From assembly GCA_965644295.1 (NCBI GenBank), contig CBFFRP010000226.1:1-18611 (forward strand): a stretch of 18,611 bases of DNA. The letters run 5' to 3'. How positions within the stretch are numbered: position 1 is the first letter of the stretch; each line of letters starts with the position of its first letter. Positions 18,320 to 18,611 of this stretch are shown piece after piece. The translations under genes were made by a program, and so were the position numbers. The notes under the pieces were generated by a model. The model did not search any database, was not told the DNA's origin, and worked only from the letters and a program-made list of their open reading frames with translations. The stretch comes from Paraphysomonas bandaiensis (Eukaryota; Protista; Chrysophyceae).

Positions 18320-18378
18320 TGGTGATGGTGTTGATGATGGTGATGATGATGGTGGTGATGATGATGATCGTGATGATG
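18320..18378. repeat. (TGA/TGG)n trinucleotide microsatellite
   Basis: Directly visible in the sequence. Confidence 0.85.
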
Positions 18379-18430
18379 TAAAATTTATTATATAGTTTAT
18401 GTTATAAAAAGCCAGTGCCATAATGCCAGT

Positions 18431-18611
18431 TTCTATTCAAAATATTTTTTCAAAATAATTTATCAAAATAATTTATTCTATTCAAAATATTTTTTCAAAA
18501 TAATTTATTCTATTCAAAATATTTTTTCAAAATAATTTATCAAAAATATTTATTCAAAATAATTTATTCTATTCAAAATATTTTTTCAAAATAATTTATC
18601 AAAATAATTTA
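18431..18611. repeat. AT-rich minisatellite (32-bp TTCTATTCAAAATATTTTTTCAAAATAATTTA units with optional 13-bp TCAAAATAATTTA subunits), running off the window
   Basis: At least 4 visible units. Confidence 0.9.

Noticed and set aside
18431-18611. Repeat array considered as CRISPR or telomere
   Set aside because: No unique spacers and no G-rich telomeric unit; it is a simple AT-rich minisatellite.

Overview
Eukaryotic genomic DNA (spliceosomal intron present; no prokaryotic operon structure) forming a transposon-rich island around one host gene. In order: (1) an 807-bp internally deleted hAT DNA transposon (324-1130; 23-bp TIRs, 8-bp TSD); (2) a complete, very young 8.8-kb Ty3/Gypsy LTR retrotransposon (1560-10351; 1149-bp LTRs differing at 2 positions by eye, 4-bp TSD CACC, intact gag and PR-RT-RH-IN pol); (3) a decayed minus-strand ORF with an OTU-protease-like motif (about 11564-13022); (4) a two-exon GT4-family glycosyltransferase gene (14254-15898, minus); (5) a decayed piggyBac-like transposase between inverted repeats, and satellite DNA at the right end. 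The best candidate for a new system is the LTR element. Each LTR carries an antisense SET-domain-like (lysine methyltransferase-like) reading frame, and the integrase ends in a chromodomain-like module plus a further possibly Tudor-like module, suggesting a chromatin writer plus reader combination. The element is also unusual in four other ways: a CCCH instead of CCHC finger in Gag, IFDN instead of YxDD in RT, no tRNA primer-binding site, and a single in-frame gag UGA buried in a 27-bp UUCG-capped hairpin. All domain calls are by-eye motif recognition, not database searches.
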